Shown: piece after piece, positions 19,319 through 30,263 of the stretch | Numbering within the stretch: position 1 is the stretch's first letter | Layout: every line of letters starts with the position of its first letter | Source of the DNA: an uncultured Planctomycetota bacterium | Lineage (GTDB): Bacteria > Planctomycetota > Planctomycetia > Isosphaerales > Isosphaeraceae | Length of the DNA: 64,000 bases | Assembly: GCA_963845755.1 (NCBI GenBank) | Contig: CAWJTV010000013.1 | Location: 1-64,000, forward strand | Reading direction: 5' to 3' | Position numbers and translations under genes: made by a program | Notes under the pieces: model-generated | What the model was told of the DNA's origin: nothing | The model's input: the letters and a program-made list of their open reading frames with translations, nothing else | Databases searched by the model: none

Positions 19319-20665
19319 TCAGGTCTGCGGCTTCCCGGACTTGACGTCGCGCCGATGCGCCGCGATGTCCTCGAGAAGCGGTTTGACCACGTCCGGATGC
19401 TGCCCGGCCAGGTCGAATCGCTCGGATGGGTCAACCGTCAGGTTGAACAGCAGTGGGGGATCGTGGACCACGGGCTCCTCCTGCTTGGAAGCGGGGTCGA
19501 TGGTCTTGAGGTGGAGCTTCCACGGCCCGCGACGCACGGCCATCAACTCGGCGTCGCGGTAGTAATAGACGTGGTCGCGCAGCACCGGTCCGGTGCCGCG
19601 GAGCACGGGCACCAGCGAGACGCCGTCGATCGGCCGGTCGTTGGGGAGCCGCGCTCCGGCCAGTTCCAAGCCGGTAGCGAACCAGTCCATCTCGCTGGCA
19701 AGGTCCAGGGCGACGCGTCCCGGGGCGATCGTGCCGGGCCACCAGGCCAGGCAAGGTTCGCGCACGCCCCCTTCCCAGGTCGAGCCCTTCCCCTCGCGGA
19801 GCATGCCGGCCGAGCCCCCGCGCGCCTTCTGGATCAGCCACGGCCCGTTATCGCTGGTAAAGACCACCAGCGTCGACTCGGCCAGTCCCCGGTCGCGGAT
19901 TGCCGCCAGGATCTGCCCGACGCTCCAGTCGAGCTCCTCAACGACGTCGCCATAAAGCCCGGCTGGGCTCTTGCCGCGGAACGCCTTGCTCGCGTGCAAG
20001 GGGATGTGCGGGAACGTATAAGGTACGTAGAGGAAGAACGGGTGCCCCTGCCGCGCCGGGGCGGATTGTTCGCCGAGGAACCGCAGTGCCTCGCGGGTAT
20101 AACGGAGGGTCAGCGTATCCTGCACGGCCGGTTGCTCGATGATCGACTCGTCCCGGAACAAGGGGAGCGGCGGGTCCTTCCGCTTCTTGACCTCCATGTC
20201 GTTGCTATAGGGTATGCCGAAGTAATGATCGAAACCATGCCGCGTGGGGAGATACCGCGGTAGATGACCCAGGTGCCACTTGCCGATGCACATCGTGGCG
20301 TATCCGCGGGCCTTGAGTGCCTGGGCCAGCGTGATCTCCTCATCGGGGATGCCGCCGGTCGAATTGGGGAAGAGCACGCGGTTGAGCCCGCTGCGGATCG
20401 GCAGCCGGCCGGTCAAGAGCGCCGCCCGGCTGGGCGTGCAGACCGGCATCGCGTAATACTGGGTGAGCTTCAGTCCCTCGGCGGCCATCCGGTCGAGGTT
20501 CGGCGTGCGGATCGTCGGGTGTCCGTAGCAGCCCAGGTCGCCGTAGCCCAGATCGTCGGCGAACAGGATGACCAGGTTCAGCGGACGGACGTCGGCTGGT
20601 TGCGCCGAGATCGTCATCCCGACCCACGCCGCGAGGAATACCAGGATACGAATGCGGGCGATCAT
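19319..20665 (-). CDS. arylsulfatase (formylglycine-dependent)
   Basis: ADDLGYGD, CTPSRAALLTGR, GKWHLG, FTSDNG, WEGGVR motifs; signal peptide. Confidence 0.95.
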   Translation of the reverse strand: MIARIRILVFLAAWVGMTISAQPADVRPLNLVILFADDLGYGDLGCYGHPTIRTPNLDRMAAEGLKLTQYYAMPVCTPSRAALLTGRLPIRSGLNRVLFPNSTGGIPDEEITLAQALKARGYATMCIGKWHLGHLPRYLPTRHGFDHYFGIPYSNDMEVKKRKDPPLPLFRDESIIEQPAVQDTLTLRYTREALRFLGEQSAPARQGHPFFLYVPYTFPHIPLHASKAFRGKSPAGLYGDVVEELDWSVGQILAAIRDRGLAESTLVVFTSDNGPWLIQKARGGSAGMLREGKGSTWEGGVREPCLAWWPGTIAPGRVALDLASEMDWFATGLELAGARLPNDRPIDGVSLVPVLRGTGPVLRDHVYYYRDAELMAVRRGPWKLHLKTIDPASKQEEPVVHDPPLLFNLTVDPSERFDLAGQHPDVVKPLLEDIAAHRRDVKSGKPQT

Positions 20666-20703
20666 AGCCAGGGGAACCACCGGATTCAGTCGTGGAGAAG
20701 GCT

Positions 20704-20871
20704 CTATTCGTGCCCGTCGGCCAAGCGTTCCTGATGTCGGGCCGCGGTTTCCCGTGCCCATTGTTTGAGCTCCGGCAGCTCTTGTCGGATCGCCTCTCGG
20801 ATGATGCGGTGCCGCTCTTTCTCTTCCGGCGTCGCCTCCCGAAGGATGCGCCGGCGATTCTCGCGAGTCAT
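20704..20871 (-). CDS. small hypothetical protein / possible antitoxin N-terminal remnant
   Basis: RBS GAGGAGG; charged helical peptide. Confidence 0.35.
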   Translation of the reverse strand: MTRENRRRILREATPEEKERHRIIREAIRQELPELKQWARETAARHQERLADGHE

Positions 20872-21443
20872 GAATGTCCTCCTCGGGGTCTCAGGCATGG
20901 CGGGTCATTCGCGATCGCGTCCAACTCCAGGAAGCTACACTCGGGCCGCACCTCGTCGAGGTCAAGCCCCAGGCTATACGCGATGATGAGTCGGACCTTC
21001 AGCTCGATCTCGTTGCGGGTCCAGCGGTATCCGCTGGCCTTGTGATCAGCGAAGCACGTCATGAGGATCACGAGTTCCCCGACGTTCTTCACGCCGAGGG
21101 GCAACTCCACGGCCCGTCGACGATAGCCTCCGTAGATGATGACGATCAGGGGAATCGCCGCAAACAGGGCGGACCATCGCTGCAAGCTGAAGCCCGCCGA
21201 GACGACCCCCCTCAACATGGCCCAGGCCATGCCCTGGAGATCCCTCCTGGAAAACGCGAGGGGGGGCGGCCGCAGGCCCTGCCGGCGCAGGTGCTCCCAG
21301 ACGGCCCTCCGGCTCGGCGCCGGCAGGAGGGATTCGAGCGGTGTCCCGGGCCGGATGTCGTGGCGGTCGATGTCGATGCAGTTCAGTACTCCCACCCGGA
21401 ACTGGCAGAAGGTCCGCATGATCGGGTTGTAGGCTTCAGCCAT
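20868..21443 (-). CDS. hypothetical membrane protein with ACP-like C-terminus
   Basis: RBS GGAGGAG; C-terminal VRLIIAYSLGLDLDEVRPECSFLEL. Confidence 0.6.
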   Translation of the reverse strand: MAEAYNPIMRTFCQFRVGVLNCIDIDRHDIRPGTPLESLLPAPSRRAVWEHLRRQGLRPPPLAFSRRDLQGMAWAMLRGVVSAGFSLQRWSALFAAIPLIVIIYGGYRRRAVELPLGVKNVGELVILMTCFADHKASGYRWTRNEIELKVRLIIAYSLGLDLDEVRPECSFLELDAIANDPPCLRPRGGHS

Positions 21444-21475
21444 GGCTCCTCCCGACGTCTCGTGATGACGGTCAC

Positions 21476-22072
21476 TCAGTCCGCGGTCTCGATGCGCAGG
21501 CCGACGAGCCGGAGCATGTTCTCCTCCCGGCCCGTGATGACGCCCGGATCCTTCTCCGGATAAAACCCCAGGAGCAAGCAGCCGTCGATCAAAAGGGGAG
21601 TCGTCGGCCTGGCCACCATGCCCTTGAGGTCGGGAGATTTCTTGAACGTCCCCCTTTGGAATGTGCTACCCACCCTCAGAGCGTAGTTCTTCCGCCCCGG
21701 AGTGTCGGGGATGAAGAACGCGATGTCGATCTCCTGGAAGCTCTGCGTTCGGTCGAAGATCGGAATCCCGTTGACCAGATCCTCGCGTTTCCAGGAGCCG
21801 TCCCGCTGCCGGCGCAACTCGCTGAGGACGACACGGATTCCGCCGATCCGCTTGTCGAAGCGGAGGTGGTAGCACCACGAATCGACCCCGAGCGCCTTGG
21901 CGAGATCCCCGGCCGCGGGCTCGGTCATGGTCGCCGTGATCTTGGGGTTGCCGGGCGCTGCGAATCCGACCAGGGGGATCGCCACGACCGCGATTCCGGC
22001 CAGCGGAACCGAGATCGCCAGGCACCAGATCGCATAGCGCAGTCCTGAACGGTCGCATGGTTTGACCTCCAA
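21476..22072 (-). CDS. hypothetical exported protein
   Basis: N-terminal hydrophobic segment, GC3-biased ORF. Confidence 0.6.
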   Translation of the reverse strand: MEVKPCDRSGLRYAIWCLAISVPLAGIAVVAIPLVGFAAPGNPKITATMTEPAAGDLAKALGVDSWCYHLRFDKRIGGIRVVLSELRRQRDGSWKREDLVNGIPIFDRTQSFQEIDIAFFIPDTPGRKNYALRVGSTFQRGTFKKSPDLKGMVARPTTPLLIDGCLLLGFYPEKDPGVITGREENMLRLVGLRIETAD

Positions 22073-22303
22073 GGGTATCGTTTCTACCTACCCCGATCTA
22101 TTCGGGTCGGCCTTCGACAGGCGCGATTATAGTCCCCCGACGACCTCGGCTGCGAGCAGGCCGGACGGGGTTTGACGCGTACCGACGCCAAGAGTGGTGT
22201 ACTCCGCCGCCGGTTTTTGTCAGAATACATCGCGATCTGCTTGCTTTACGGGTCTTCTTCACGATATAGGCTTCATCCGATCGATTCGATCAGGGGTTCT
22301 CGC

Positions 22304-22456
22304 ATGCTATTCGCTTATCTTGGCCCCGAGACCATGATGCCGGTGGCCTCGATCATCGCCGCGGTGGCGGGCGTCTTCATGATGTTCGGGCGCAACGTCG
22401 TACAGATCAGCCGGAACGTGATCCGGCGGATCCGGCCCGGGTCGGGGAAGAAATGA
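22304..22456 (+). CDS. small membrane peptide (AYLGP motif) preceding phosphodiesterase genes
   Basis: MLFAYLGPETMMPVASIIAAVAGVFMMFGR..., TM plus basic tail. Confidence 0.65.
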   Translation: MLFAYLGPETMMPVASIIAAVAGVFMMFGRNVVQISRNVIRRIRPGSGKK

Positions 22457-22479
22457 GTGATATGCACTGTCCGCGCATC

Positions 22480-22732
22480 TATTGGAATTTCAGATTCCCA
22501 ATTAGAGTCTTCCACCGTAGGCTCGCTGCGCCGTGCGCGCATCAGGGGATTCCGAATTCCGGATTCGCGATTCCGGATTCCCGGATCCTTCCCCTTCGGG
22601 AATCCGGAATCGCGAATCGGGAATCCCGATGGGGTTGCGGCCGAAGGCCGCGTTAGGATACTTCCATTATCCGGAATCCGGAATCGCGAATCCGGAATCC
22701 CTCCTTGCTTGCGGCCAAAGGTCGCGTCAGGA
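22480..22732. repeat. heptamer tandem repeats (ATTCCGG/CCGGAAT) in inverted arrays
   Basis: ggattccgaattccggattcgcgattccggattcc ... ggaatccggaatcgcgaatcgggaatcc; duplicated gcggcc(g/a)aagg(c/t)cgcgt(t/c)agga. Confidence 0.75.
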
Positions 22733-22754
22733 CTTTAGCGACGAGGACGGAGCC

Positions 22755-24608
22755 ATCAAGAAAGTCATCGTCATCGGACTGGATGGTCTGGACCCGAGGA
22801 TCGTTTCCGGGCTGATCGAGGCGGGCCAACTGCCCAACCTGGCGCGCCTGAAGGACCAGGGGGGCTTTGCCCGGGTCGCGACGACGCGCCCCGCTCAGAC
22901 TCCCGTGGCCTGGTCAACGTTCGCGACCGGGACCAATCCCGGCGGGCACGGGATCTTCGACTTCCTCCGCCGGAGCCCCAAGACGTATTTGCCCGACCTG
23001 GCGCTGAACCGATACGAGCAGAAGAACGCCTTCCTGCCGCCGAAGGCCGTCAACCTGCGGCGCGGGACGCCGGTCTGGGAGATCCTCAAGGCGGCGGGCC
23101 GCGGCGCGGTCGTCTTGCGATGCCCCTGTACCTATCCGCCCGACTCGGTCCGCGGCCGGATGCTCTCGGGCATGGGCGTCCCCGACCTCCGGGGCGGGCT
23201 GGGGACCACCACGTTTTATACGACCGACGCCTCGGCCAAACCCCGCGAGAGCGAGAACGTCGTGAAGCCTGAGCCGTCCGCCGACGGCGAAGGTGCGTTC
23301 ACCAGCCACCTGATCGGCCCCCGCAATCCCAAGACGGGCGCCGACCTGCATGTGGACATCACGATCCGGCTCGATCGGGCGAACCGACGCCTCGTGATCA
23401 GGTCCGACGGCACGCCCAAGGAACTGGAAGTTCGCCAGGGGGCCTGGAGCGACTGGCTGCGGGTCAAGTTCAAGCTCGGGATGCTCCAGTCGATTCGCGG
23501 CATGGTGCGATTCCACCTCGTCGCCTGCGAGCCGGAGCTGGCCCTGTATGCCTCGCCGATCAACTTCGACCCCGATACGCCGATGTTCCCGATCAGCGCC
23601 GGACCTCTACGCCAGCGACCTCGTCCGTGAGATCGGATTGTTCTACACGACCGGCATGGTCGAAGACCACACGGGCTTGAACAACGAGCGGATCTCGGAA
23701 TCGGCGTTCCTGGATCAGTGCGCGATCGCCTGGCGCGAGCGCGAGGCCATGATGCTCCACGAGCTGAAATCGTTCAGCGACGGGCTGTTCTATGTCCTGT
23801 TCGACACGCCCGACCGGATCCAGCACCTGTTCTGGCGGTTCCGCGAGCCGGATCATCCGGCCAACCGGGGCGCTCCGCCCGATCCTGCGTTTGCCTCGGT
23901 GATCGACGACACCTACCGCCATTGCGATGCCATCGTCGGCAAGGCGATGGAACACGCCGACGACCAAACGCTCTTCATCGCCATGTCGGATCACGGGTTC
24001 AACAGCTTCCAGCGCGGCGTTCATCTGAACGGATGGTTGCATCAGAACGGGTTTCTGAAGCTCAAGGACGGCGTCGAGCCGGGCGAGGCCGCGGGCGACA
24101 TGCTCCGCCATGTGGATTGGAGCCGGACGCGGGCCTACGCACTGGGGCTCAGCGGGCTGTACGTGAATCTCCAGGGCGCGAATCGCAGGGGATCGTCGCC
24201 CCCGAGGACGCCGACGCGCTCAAGGCCCAGATCGCCGGGGGGCTAGCCGGGCTGACCGACCCCGAGCGTCAGGGCCAGGCCGCCATTCGCCGCGTCCTGC
24301 CCCGCGAGGAGGTCTATCGCGGCCCGTTCGTGGACGAGGCTCCCGATCTGATCGTCGACTTCGCCGAGGGTTACCGCGTCTCCTGGTCCACATCGCTGGG
24401 AGGCGTCGCCGAAGATCTCCTCGAAGACAACGTCAAGAAGTGGAGTGGCGATCATATTATCGATCCGGAACGGGTCCCCGGAATCCTGTTCATGAACCGT
24501 CCGTTCCGGGGCGATGGTGCACGACTCACGGACCTGGCGCCGACGATCCTGGCGGCGCTGGGCGTCCCCAAGGGTCCGGCTATGGAGGGAGATTCCCTCC
24601 TCCTGTAG
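22755..24608 (+). CDS. alkaline phosphatase superfamily / type I phosphodiesterase-nucleotide pyrophosphatase (2 frameshifts)
   Basis: IVIGLDGLD, QTPVAWSTFATGTNPGGHGIFDF, DRIQH, MSDHGF, WSGDH, DLAPTIL. Confidence 0.9.
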
Positions 24609-24658
24609 GGTGGGTGAAACCCCACCAAGAATCGCCCCGATCTGCGGGCCGAGACGAA

Positions 24659-24757
24659 TTCACCCCCCTAACCCCCCCTTCGTAAGGGGGGGAGAAGAAA
24701 ATCGCCCCAGGCGTCCTGTTCCTTTCCCCCCCTTACGAAGGGGGGGTAGGGGGGGCT
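24659..24757. repeat. REP palindrome (CCCCCCTT[CG/AC]..AAGGGGGG family)
   Basis: cccccccttcgtaagggggg ... cccccccttacgaagggggg. Confidence 0.75.
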
Positions 24758-24785
24758 TCGGTAGAGGAAGCTGGGAAACGAAACG

Positions 24786-26252
24786 ATGAAGATCCTCGTC
24801 CTGGGCCTCGACTGTGCCGCGCCGGAATTGCTCCTCGGCTACGAGGACCTGCCGAACATCCGGCGCCTGATGGAAGTGGGCTGCTACGGCCGGCTCGAGA
24901 GCGTGATCCCGCCGATCACGGTCCCCGCCTGGATGTGCCTGGCGACCAGCCAGGATCCGGGCTCGCTCGGGATCTACGGGTTCCGCAACCGGACGGATCA
25001 CTCCTACGCGGGACTCGGCATCGCCTCGTCGCGGTCGATCACCGAGCCGGCCATCTGGGACCACATTGCTCGCGAAGGGAAGCGGTCGATCATCGTCGGC
25101 GTGCCCCCGGGATACCCCCCGAGGCGGATCAACGGCCTGTCCGTGAGTTGCTTCCTCACTCCCGATACGGATAAAAATGTCTTCACTCATCCGCCCGAGC
25201 TCTCGGACGAGATCCGCAAGCTCGTCGGCCATTACCCGGTTGACGTGCAGGGTTTCCGCTCCGACGACAAGACCTGGCTCCGCGATTCCATCTTCGCCAT
25301 GAGCCGGACCCAGTTCCAGGTCGTGCGTCACCTGATCCAGAACAAGGAGTGGGACTATTTCCACTTCGTCGACATCGGGCTGGACCGGATGCATCACGGG
25401 TTCTGGAAGTACCACGACCCGCAGCACGTGCTGCACGAGCCGGATTCCCCCTTCAAGGAGACGGTCCACGACTATTACCGGCACCTGGACGTCGAGATCG
25501 GCCAGGTCCTGGAGCTGCTGACTGATGACACGATCGTCCTGTTGGTCTCGGACCACGGCGCCCAGCGGCTCGATGGGGGCTTCTGCGTCAACGAGTGGCT
25601 GATCCGCGAGGGCCTGCTCGCGCTCAAGAGCTACCCCAAGGAGGTCACGCCGTTCGCCAAGCTGGATGTCAACTGGGAAAAGACCAAGGTCTGGAGCGAG
25701 GGGGGCTACTACGCCCGCGTGTTCATCAACGTGAAAGGGCGCGAGCCGCAGGGGACGATCGAGCCGTCGGATTACCAGCGGTTCCGCGACGAGATCAAGG
25801 CGAAGTTCGAGGCGACCGTGGACCGCGAGGGCAAGCCGCTGGGCACCCTGGTCTTCAAGCCGGAGGAGATCTACCACAAGGTCCAGAACGTGCCTCCGGA
25901 CCTGATCGTCCATTTCGGAGCACTCTACTGGCGATCGATCGGCAGCGTCGGCTATCCGGACATCCACGTGCTGGAGAACGACACCGGTCCGGACGACTGC
26001 AACCATGCCCAGTTCGGCGCGTTCGTCCTCGCGGCCCCGAACAGTCCGCTCCAGGGGGAGATTGAAGGCGCCCGGCTGCTGGATATCGCCCCGACCTTGA
26101 TGGACCTCGCTGGCTACGAGATCCCCGCGTCGATGCAAGGCCGCTCGCTGGCCGCCGGAGCCACTCCCGCGGCTCCGGGTGAAGCGGGCTACGACCCCGA
26201 CGATGAAGCCATCGTCCGCGACCGGCTCAGCGGGCTGGGGTATATCGGCTGA
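24786..26252 (+). CDS. type I phosphodiesterase / nucleotide pyrophosphatase family protein
   Basis: LVLGLDCA, PPITVPAW, DRMHH, VSDHG, DIAPT, C-terminal RLSGLGY. Confidence 0.92.
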   Translation: MKILVLGLDCAAPELLLGYEDLPNIRRLMEVGCYGRLESVIPPITVPAWMCLATSQDPGSLGIYGFRNRTDHSYAGLGIASSRSITEPAIWDHIAREGKRSIIVGVPPGYPPRRINGLSVSCFLTPDTDKNVFTHPPELSDEIRKLVGHYPVDVQGFRSDDKTWLRDSIFAMSRTQFQVVRHLIQNKEWDYFHFVDIGLDRMHHGFWKYHDPQHVLHEPDSPFKETVHDYYRHLDVEIGQVLELLTDDTIVLLVSDHGAQRLDGGFCVNEWLIREGLLALKSYPKEVTPFAKLDVNWEKTKVWSEGGYYARVFINVKGREPQGTIEPSDYQRFRDEIKAKFEATVDREGKPLGTLVFKPEEIYHKVQNVPPDLIVHFGALYWRSIGSVGYPDIHVLENDTGPDDCNHAQFGAFVLAAPNSPLQGEIEGARLLDIAPTLMDLAGYEIPASMQGRSLAAGATPAAPGEAGYDPDDEAIVRDRLSGLGYIG

Positions 26253-26486
26253 TCGGTCATCGGGCGCGGGTCGCGCTGACGGATGATGGGTGCGGATCCC
26301 CTCACCTGGGATCGGGCTCGTGCGTCCACACCGCATCTCCGCGTCCCCCTCTCGGCATCCCCCTTCAGGTTGGGGGATGCAGAGAAGTCGTTGAACGGCG
26401 TTTATGTGATCCATGCGTCCCGTATTCGCCGCATGTCCCTCCGAAGCATCAACGTTCACGACTCCTTCCAGCCCAATGAAGGTCTC

Positions 26487-26521
26487 TTGACAGGGGGGTG
26501 AACAGAAGGTATACTTCTGTT
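26487..26521 (+). promoter_or_regulatory. consensus sigma70 promoter with operator palindrome over -10
   Basis: TTGACA(26487)-N17-TATACT(26510); AACAGAAG-N5-CTTCTGTT perfect inverted repeat 26501-26521. Confidence 0.75.
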
Positions 26522-26675
26522 TATTGTGGTAGGAACTGCGTCCGGTGAATCGACCCGAGTTCGGGGACGCCGCCATCAATCATGATGTCACCTAGTCGGA
26601 AGCTCTCGGTCTCTCGTTTGCGAGGGAGTTGCAAGGGTTTTGGGGATCGGCTCGGTTGCGTCGGGGAGATTGCGG

Positions 26676-27196
26676 ATGAACCGTTACAAGCTCGCGAAGA
26701 TCGTGGATTGGGCGGGGACGCTCGAAACCCGCAAGCGGATGCAGAAGGTGGTCTACCTCCTCCAAGTAGCAGGCTGTCCCCTCGGGGCCGACTACACGCT
26801 GCACCACTACGGCCCCTATTCGCAGGAAGTGGCCCGCCTCACTGACGAAATGGTCCAGGCGAACCTGCTGGATGAGAAGACCGCCTCGAACGCTGTCGGG
26901 CAGCAATATTCGTACAACCTGTCGCCCACCGCCCGGAGAAGCCTGGCCGAATTTGAGGCTACGCAGGCAGGACGGGCACTAGCGTCCGAGTCTGGAGCCC
27001 TCCCTCGCGGATAAGCGGTGGCTCTTGAGATGAAGACCTGAGAGACCTGGAGTACGCCGCCACCATCGTCTTCTTCTATAAGCAGGGCCACGACTGGCCC
27101 GCTGCCATCGAGAAGATGTGCCAGTTCAAGGGCCTGACGAATGGCGGTCAGGTCGTAGAGCGGGCCAACGCCTTGGCTCGGCGAGTCGTTGCGTGA
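26676..27196 (+). CDS. YwgA-like / winged-helix (Panacea/DUF4065-like) protein (frameshift near 26990-27030)
   Basis: [39 protein letters not shown]. Confidence 0.8.
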
Positions 27197-27208
27197 GCGG
27201 GGGCGGGC

Positions 27209-28610
27209 ATGTCCTCGAAGATCATCCGTGACCCGCTCTACAACTACATCAGCATCGACACCAAGAAGGATCGCTTGGCTGCTAGATCTGCTCGATTGCC
27301 CCGAGGTCCAGCGCCTCCGTCGCATCCACCAACTTGGCGTCAGCTACCTCACCTATCCCGGTGCCGACCACAACCGGTTGGCCCATAGCCTCGGTGTTGT
27401 TCATCTCACGCAGCAGGCCCTTCGTCACCTCGCAAAGATCTCGGACGAAGACTCGCAGACCAGTCACGGGCGTGCGCGGTGCTTGTGGCTGCGCTGATCC
27501 ACGACGTGGGTCACGGGCCTTTTTCACACCTGTTCGAGCCCTGCCTGGGAATCGACCACGAGGTCTGGACGAAGGCGGTCCTTCTCTCCGAGGAAACCCA
27601 GGTCCATCAGATCCTGAAGCGGCACTTCGACCACACCTTCCCCCGTCGTGTCGCCGAGCTCATTGACAAGGATAACCACGACCAGCCCGCATGGCAGAAG
27701 TACCTCCTGTCGAGCCAACTCGACATGGACCGCATCGATTACTTGCGGCGGGACTCGCTCTTCACCGGTGCGGGCTACGGGCACTTCGACTGGTTCCGAC
27801 TCCTGAACACCTTCGAGATCCACGAGGATGAGGAGTCGGGGCGAGACATCGTTTGGGCCGAGAAGTCCTTGCTGGCCGTCGAGGAGTACATCTTCTCTCG
27901 CTACTACATGTACCAGAACGTCTACCTCCACAAGACGACCCGTGGCTTCGAGAAGATGATCGAAGCGATGTGGGCACGGGCGCGGTCGTTCTACGACCAG
28001 GGTGATAACGTTCGCCTCGTTCCCGCCATCAAGGACTTCTGGGATGCAGATGCTGGGGCGAAGAGCGATCCTGCGAATCTCAAGCCGAGTGTTCGTCAGT
28101 ACCTCGCCATTGAGGAATTCACCGTCCTCTTGCAGATCCAGGTTTGGACCGAACATCCAGACAAGGCGCTCAGCGACCTGGCAAGGCGGTTCATGGAGCG
28201 GAAGCGCTTTGCGATGGTCGAAGCCCCCATGTTCGCCAACCCTCTGGCCTCCGACCATGCCGACTGGGAGCATGCCCTGGCGAAACTCGTCCAAGGACGA
28301 GATAGGTCTTCCACCGGAGGTGTACTGCCTGAGAGACCGTGTGAAGGGCAAGTACAACCAGCCGTATTTCCCCGAAAAGGAGAGCGACGAACAGAGCGTC
28401 AAGAACGCCATCCGTGTCACCGTCAAAGGGGAGTCGAGGCCCATCGAAGTGTCCAGGCTCCTGCCCAGACTTAAGCCGCTCACTCAGGAACCCGTTGATC
28501 GGTATCGGTACTATGTTCCCAAAGAGCTTCGAGCGGCGGCGCACAAGCTTCGTGATGAATGGAACAAGCAAGCCGTGGCTGAGACGTTCGTGATGGATTA
28601 CTGCATCTAG
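27209..28610 (+). CDS. HD-domain phosphohydrolase, YwfO/SAMHD1-like dNTPase (frameshifts)
   Basis: [69 protein letters not shown]. Confidence 0.92.
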
Positions 28611-28802
28611 GCGGGTGCTCAGTTGAAACTTAACACGCGCTCTTGCTTACTGCACCTTCGAACGATGAGGTGCACCCATGAGCGAGATCGAATCGGAAGC
28701 GGTCGAGAAAGTCGGACCGCTTTCCTCGGACCGGGCATGCGGTGTTGCCTGTCCGGCTTCCGTCGTACTTCCGGTCGCACCGGTCCGGCGCGTGGCTGGG
28801 AA

Positions 28803-29227
28803 TCAGCGGCCCTTCGCGCCGCAACAGAACTTGTACTTTTCGCCGCTGCCGCAGGGACACGGCGCGTAGCGATCGGTTCCGGGATACCTCTCGCCAGGCC
28901 TCGCCTTCCTCGTGTGGGCAGGCAGGGAAGGGGAACTCGGCGCCGGGTCAGCGAAACTCCGGCTGCGCAGCCCGGGGAACATCTCCTCGTGTCGCCGGAT
29001 CATGGGGACGACGATCGACTGCCGAAACGTGGCGAATTCCTCGTCATCCATCTTGAGACTTTGCTGCATTTCGCCGAGCATCGTGTCCCGCTGTCATCCG
29101 GTAACAGAGCGAGGTTGTAGCAGAGCTGGCTGATCGCGAAAGCCCGGTTCAAGTCCTCCTCGGAACCATCCGTCTGATCGAGGAGCGGCTGCGCATAGGC
29201 CATAAAAGCTTCGGCAATGGCACCCAT
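28803..29227 (-). CDS. SEC-C motif protein (frameshift)
   Basis: C-terminal RYAPCPCGSGEKYKFCCG; N-terminal AEAFMAYAQPLL. Confidence 0.8.
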
Positions 29228-29388
29228 GTCCAGGTTCCTCCGCGTGATTGCACCCGATGATCGTCGAACGACGGCAAGCCCAAGGCCTGCGCGTGGCGCG
29301 GCAAAGAGTGGCCATCCCGGGGCGTGTACTCCGATTCTACCGCGACGACGATGTGAAGTGAACGGGGAGACCTGGGCTGGTGCGCACA

Positions 29389-29450
29389 TCGGTCGGATCG
29401 ACCGAAGCAACCTCGGGTCAAACGGCTTCGGTGTCGTCGGACCGACGCGC
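29389..29450. repeat. dispersed palindromic element TCGGT..ACCGAAGC-spacer-GCTTCGGT..ACCGA (also 36228-36250, 39485-39506, 40216-40284)
   Basis: Visible alignment of 29389-29450 with 40222-40283; half-sites at the other positions. Confidence 0.7.
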
Positions 29451-29596
29451 CCAAGATGAGGGACGTTTGTCGCGACCGACATGACATTCAGTCTCCTTAA
29501 ACAACCGATCGACCCTGGACCGCCCGCCGATAGGCTGGCTCCCCGCCGACTTCGCGATTAATATTGAGAAGACATCGGTCCGCCTGAGGTCGCCCC

Positions 29597-30263
29597 ATGA
29601 AACCAGATCGACCATCGAAGACCGCCGGCAAGGCCGGGTACAACGGCCAGGTGCGCGGAGCCGGCGTGGATCGCCGTGGACGTCGACGGCGTGCTCGCCT
29701 CCCACGTCGAGCAGATCCTGCCGATCCTGGAGCGACGCTACGGCCTGGAGATCGGTCACGGCGAGATCCGGTCGTGGGACTTCCCGGTCGGGGACACGTC
29801 GTTCGGGGCGATCATCCGGGCTGAGCAGCGGACGCCCGGCTTCGTGCTGGAGACCCCGCCGGTACCTGGTGCCGTTGAGGCGATGCGAGCGCCTCGCTCG
29901 GTCGCATCGCCTGGCGATCGCGACTGGCCGCCCGCCCGAGACCGATCTCTGGACCCGTCGGTGGCTGGCGCTCCACGAGATCCCCTACGACGCCTACGAG
30001 AACCTCCAGGCCGGCATGAAGCACCGGACCACGATGAGGTGCGACCTCCTCATCGACGACTATCAGCTCAACCTTCGGAGCTTCCTCGAGAACACCGACG
30101 GCCTGTGCGATCCTCTTCGCTCGCCCCTGGAACTGGGACCTCTCGGGGTCTCGAGCCACATCTCGAATCCCAAAGGCTGACGGTAGCCCGCGACTGGCCC
30201 GGGACCCTCTCGCTCGTTGACCGGCCGGGGTCAGCCCTGGGAAGGTCGGTCGGCGATGATTGA
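29597..30263 (+). CDS. 5'(3')-deoxyribonucleotidase, NT5C-type HAD (frameshifts)
   Basis: IAVDVDGVLA, PPVPGAVEA, IATGR, DLLIDD, LFARPWN; stop overlaps the next ATG. Confidence 0.85.
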
